From contig OZ316895.1 of assembly GCA_973895155.1 (NCBI GenBank), positions 16,596,170-16,660,169 of the forward strand: a DNA stretch of 64,000 nt, written 5' to 3'. The notes beneath the pieces are model-generated. The model was not told where the DNA came from. It worked only from the letters and a program-made list of their open reading frames with translations, and did not search any database. Within the stretch, counting starts at the first letter, position 1. Every line of letters starts with the position of its first letter. Positions 60,899 through 64,000 of the stretch are shown here, piece by piece. Source of the stretch: Marsupella aquatica. Taxonomy: Eukaryota; Plantae; Marchantiophyta. The position numbers and the translations under genes were made by a program.

Positions 60899-63800
60899 AC
60901 AACAGCGACTCGTTGAAGTCCGTTCATTTAGTGCAAACGCTCGAGTGATCGAAGGAATTGCAACATGAAATCCGTCATTTCTGTCGTTCTCGCAGCACCA
61001 CTGGCCACTTCAATGAGCTAGAAATCAACGTTCGGTGGCTACAGTATCGATTGGACTCAATCCTTTCCGCCATCAAACTTCTTTAGCTCAGGGCTTGGTG
61101 ATACCTGGTGTGTACCATGATTACCGCAAAGAAGAAGGCTTGAGAATAGCTCAAAAGAACAGCCCAACTATTTGCGTAGATAGTCGAGCCCCTTGCTAGC
61201 AAATGCCCATTCATGTGCAGGGGGTTGTTTCTTTGTTTGATCCTGTAACGATAATTGATGAGATCGTTTCCAAACTGAAGGTATTGTGCAGAAAGAGTTC
61301 TCTAAATGTGTAAATTCGAAAAATCCAGGACTATGCAATTCCCTCTGTGTTTTACTTTTTGAGATGATATTCCAATTCTGTCCTTGATGTTTCTTTGTTT
61401 GGTTCAATAGCGATATTTCGTGCCATGGTCTCACAAGGAAGCTATTGGACAGAAAGCGTTCTCTAAAATTTCGAGAATCCAGGTCGTTATGCATATCAGT
61501 CCCGATATGTTCATTTTGTGAGGTGATATTCCAATTCCGTTTATGCTTTCCATGCTTACTGCTCAGGCTAAGATTTGGCTAACATGTGCTCAGGCTAACA
61601 TGGGTACTTTCTGCTATCATGGGAGAGATATAATTAATGGACCTCCAAACTTAACTTTTTTACTTAAGAGACCAAAAGATGCAGATTCTCTCTTAATTTA
61701 CATAATGTTTCAGATTCCCTCCCAATGGACCTCCAGGCCCACTCCTTGTTTTTGGGAAGCACTTTACCACAAAGTTCAGTTTCAGGATCCATGACACCAT
61801 GGTTAGTCATGTGTAGTAGGCGGATGATAACTATGCACTACATGGATTGTGCAAGTGCCGTAGTCCCCAGCCACAATGGATTGCAAGCATTGCAGTGTCG
61901 TTGCTTCCTAGTTTTTTTTAATACAATATGGCTTTTGTATTCAGAAACGAATGAACAAGTTTGAGGTGGCATCAGAGCATGCAAGGGCCTTTGTGCCTGG
62001 GCCTCTAAGCTTTTAAGACATTGTCACTTCAACATTCACGATACAAAGGAAATAGTTGACAACCTCATTGGAGCTTGCAAGCTCTGTAGCACCCGCAACT
62101 TCCCTGCTTTTATGAAGACATAGTCCATACTGTATACAACTTTTAAAGGAATTTTCAAAATTCAAATGTGCCTGCCCTATATGACACCTCCTTCAGCAAT
62201 TCTGCCATCCAATATCTTGGGATGGTTCTCAACATTCTTTTGATCCCTCATATGTTCTTGTGTGTCTTGTGTTCTTGCCCTCTCATGATAGGGGGCATTG
62301 ACCTTCCAAATATCACCTCTGGTCCACAAATGCATTAAGTCAATGTCCTCCATGCCTGACACTCTCCCTCTAAGCATATTGTGTACACATTATTTAGGGG
62401 AGGCAGTGGAAACACTCACTTCTCTACCATGCGAGCTTACACACAGAGCATGTGCATTAGAAAACATGTAAATGACAGGATGTGTAAAAGTTCTTTAACA
62501 TGTGTGATTTGGCAAGTACTCCTCTGAATATATTGTCAAGAATGTATTTGGTTCAAGATATAAGCATATTTAGCTTTTATATGCCTGTGTATACGCCAAG
62601 GTTTACTCCAAACGCTAAATTGTTTGATGATATATAATATAATACATATGTTATACATGGATGTCAAAGTCTACACCACTTTGTATATGTTGTGGTCACA
62701 CGATGCCCCATGGTATGCGAATGAGTATAGGGTCTTATTGGTTTCAAAGAACTCAAGACTTTGACAATACTTACATGGAAGAAGTGTAAGTTTCAAATTT
62801 TAGAAAACCATTAGTACAATTACTTATTATAACTTTCCAAGGGTGTCAGAAAAAGTCTGACCTGTCCATTTGATGTGGGTGCCTCCAAATTGTGAGCCCC
62901 TGAAAGTGTCAAGACGTGACGTGGTGCAATGTCGTACTAGACGACGTACATTTTGGTAAAGTCGTGCTGCTCAACAATAAATGAAAACCCGACGTCGTAA
63001 AATGTAGTTGTGGACTTTGATCGATGCCCAAGTGACCCTTGTGCTGACAACTATTCGTAGACACTCACACATTACCTTGAGACCTCCACGGCTGGTGTCC
63101 CTAGCAGTTGCAGAGGTGCAGGGGACACCACAAATTCAAACACCTGGGTACAAGCACTGATTACCTCCGGGATTACCTCTGGAGGGCTCTTTTGCCAACT
63201 CTGTTCCTCTCTCACTCATCATTTTGCCTTGCGCACAGGAGAAACAATCAAAGAATTATCCATCTAAAGCTCTCATTTTGCTCAGGAACTGTCATAGCTC
63301 TCCCAAGTGAGTTGTCAAGTTCAAGTGAGGATTCGTGAAAAGTGACAATAATTCAAACTCAAAAAATAGTGAACCTAAATTGAGTAATTTCTCTAGAACT
63401 CAAGCTTCCATGGATTGCAATGGGTGACAAGTTCAGAAGAAATCTTGTACCAATAATTTTGAAATGTAACTTTTACTTTGACATACCTTTATCAAACTGC
63501 TTGGTCCATTCAAACATTGTGGTCCATCCTAGGGTCCATCTCCCAATCCAGTGAAGTAGTGTACTAGGGTAACCATCCGCTTGAAGGGGTCATGGAACTA
63601 ATACGTACCGTGCAGAGCCCCAGTATTTTGAGTTTGTGTATGACTAACAAAATCTATATGACTAATTGCAATAAGAGGCTAGAGTGGGGTCTAGGCTTCT
63701 GACTAGAGTGAAACCGCTAGACTCGTGCCCCACCAAAATTTACATGGATGGAAAAAGGCATAGGACATTATGTAAGTCAAAATGATGATGATGATTTTTG

Positions 63801-64000
63801 TCGTCATTCTATTATATTCAAAGAATGGGCATTCAGGCTCTTATCACTAAAACTCTTTGTGTAACCCATGTTTGAATCCATGATTCTCACCCCTATTAAT
63901 GATCTCCATATCCTTGATCTCATTGTCAAGGATAAACCTTACACTAGACATAAGGCTTCTGCACATGCTAACATCCTTATCCGTTTACTAGAAATGCAGC

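Overview
Eukaryotic land-plant nuclear DNA, probably a non-seed plant (inferred from the gene set and short GT-AG introns). Four host genes are well supported: an intronless nuclear-encoded Ycf33 (5634-6473, -), a 16-exon CHFR-type FHA-RING-Cys-rich-PBZ E3 ligase (22451-29457, +), and a head-to-head pair of NAR2/NRT3 (54602-55252, -) and NRT2 (59029-60898, +), the two subunits of the high-affinity nitrate transporter. The rest is rich in transposable elements: a 4.3-kb CRE-like non-LTR retroelement with a restriction-like endonuclease, a perfect 19-bp TSD and no poly(A) tail; a degenerate PIF/Harbinger element (transposase, Myb/trihelix ORF and an unexplained third ORF); a tRNA-derived SINE with a 16-bp TSD; several MITEs; two related solo-LTR-like segments; LINE remnants; a CACTA/MULE accessory-like ORF; and many short tandem duplications. 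Two CpG-rich, coding-like but disrupted islands (13.6-16.2 kb and 44.8-48.4 kb) remain largely unexplained. Family assignments come from motifs recognised by eye, not database searches.
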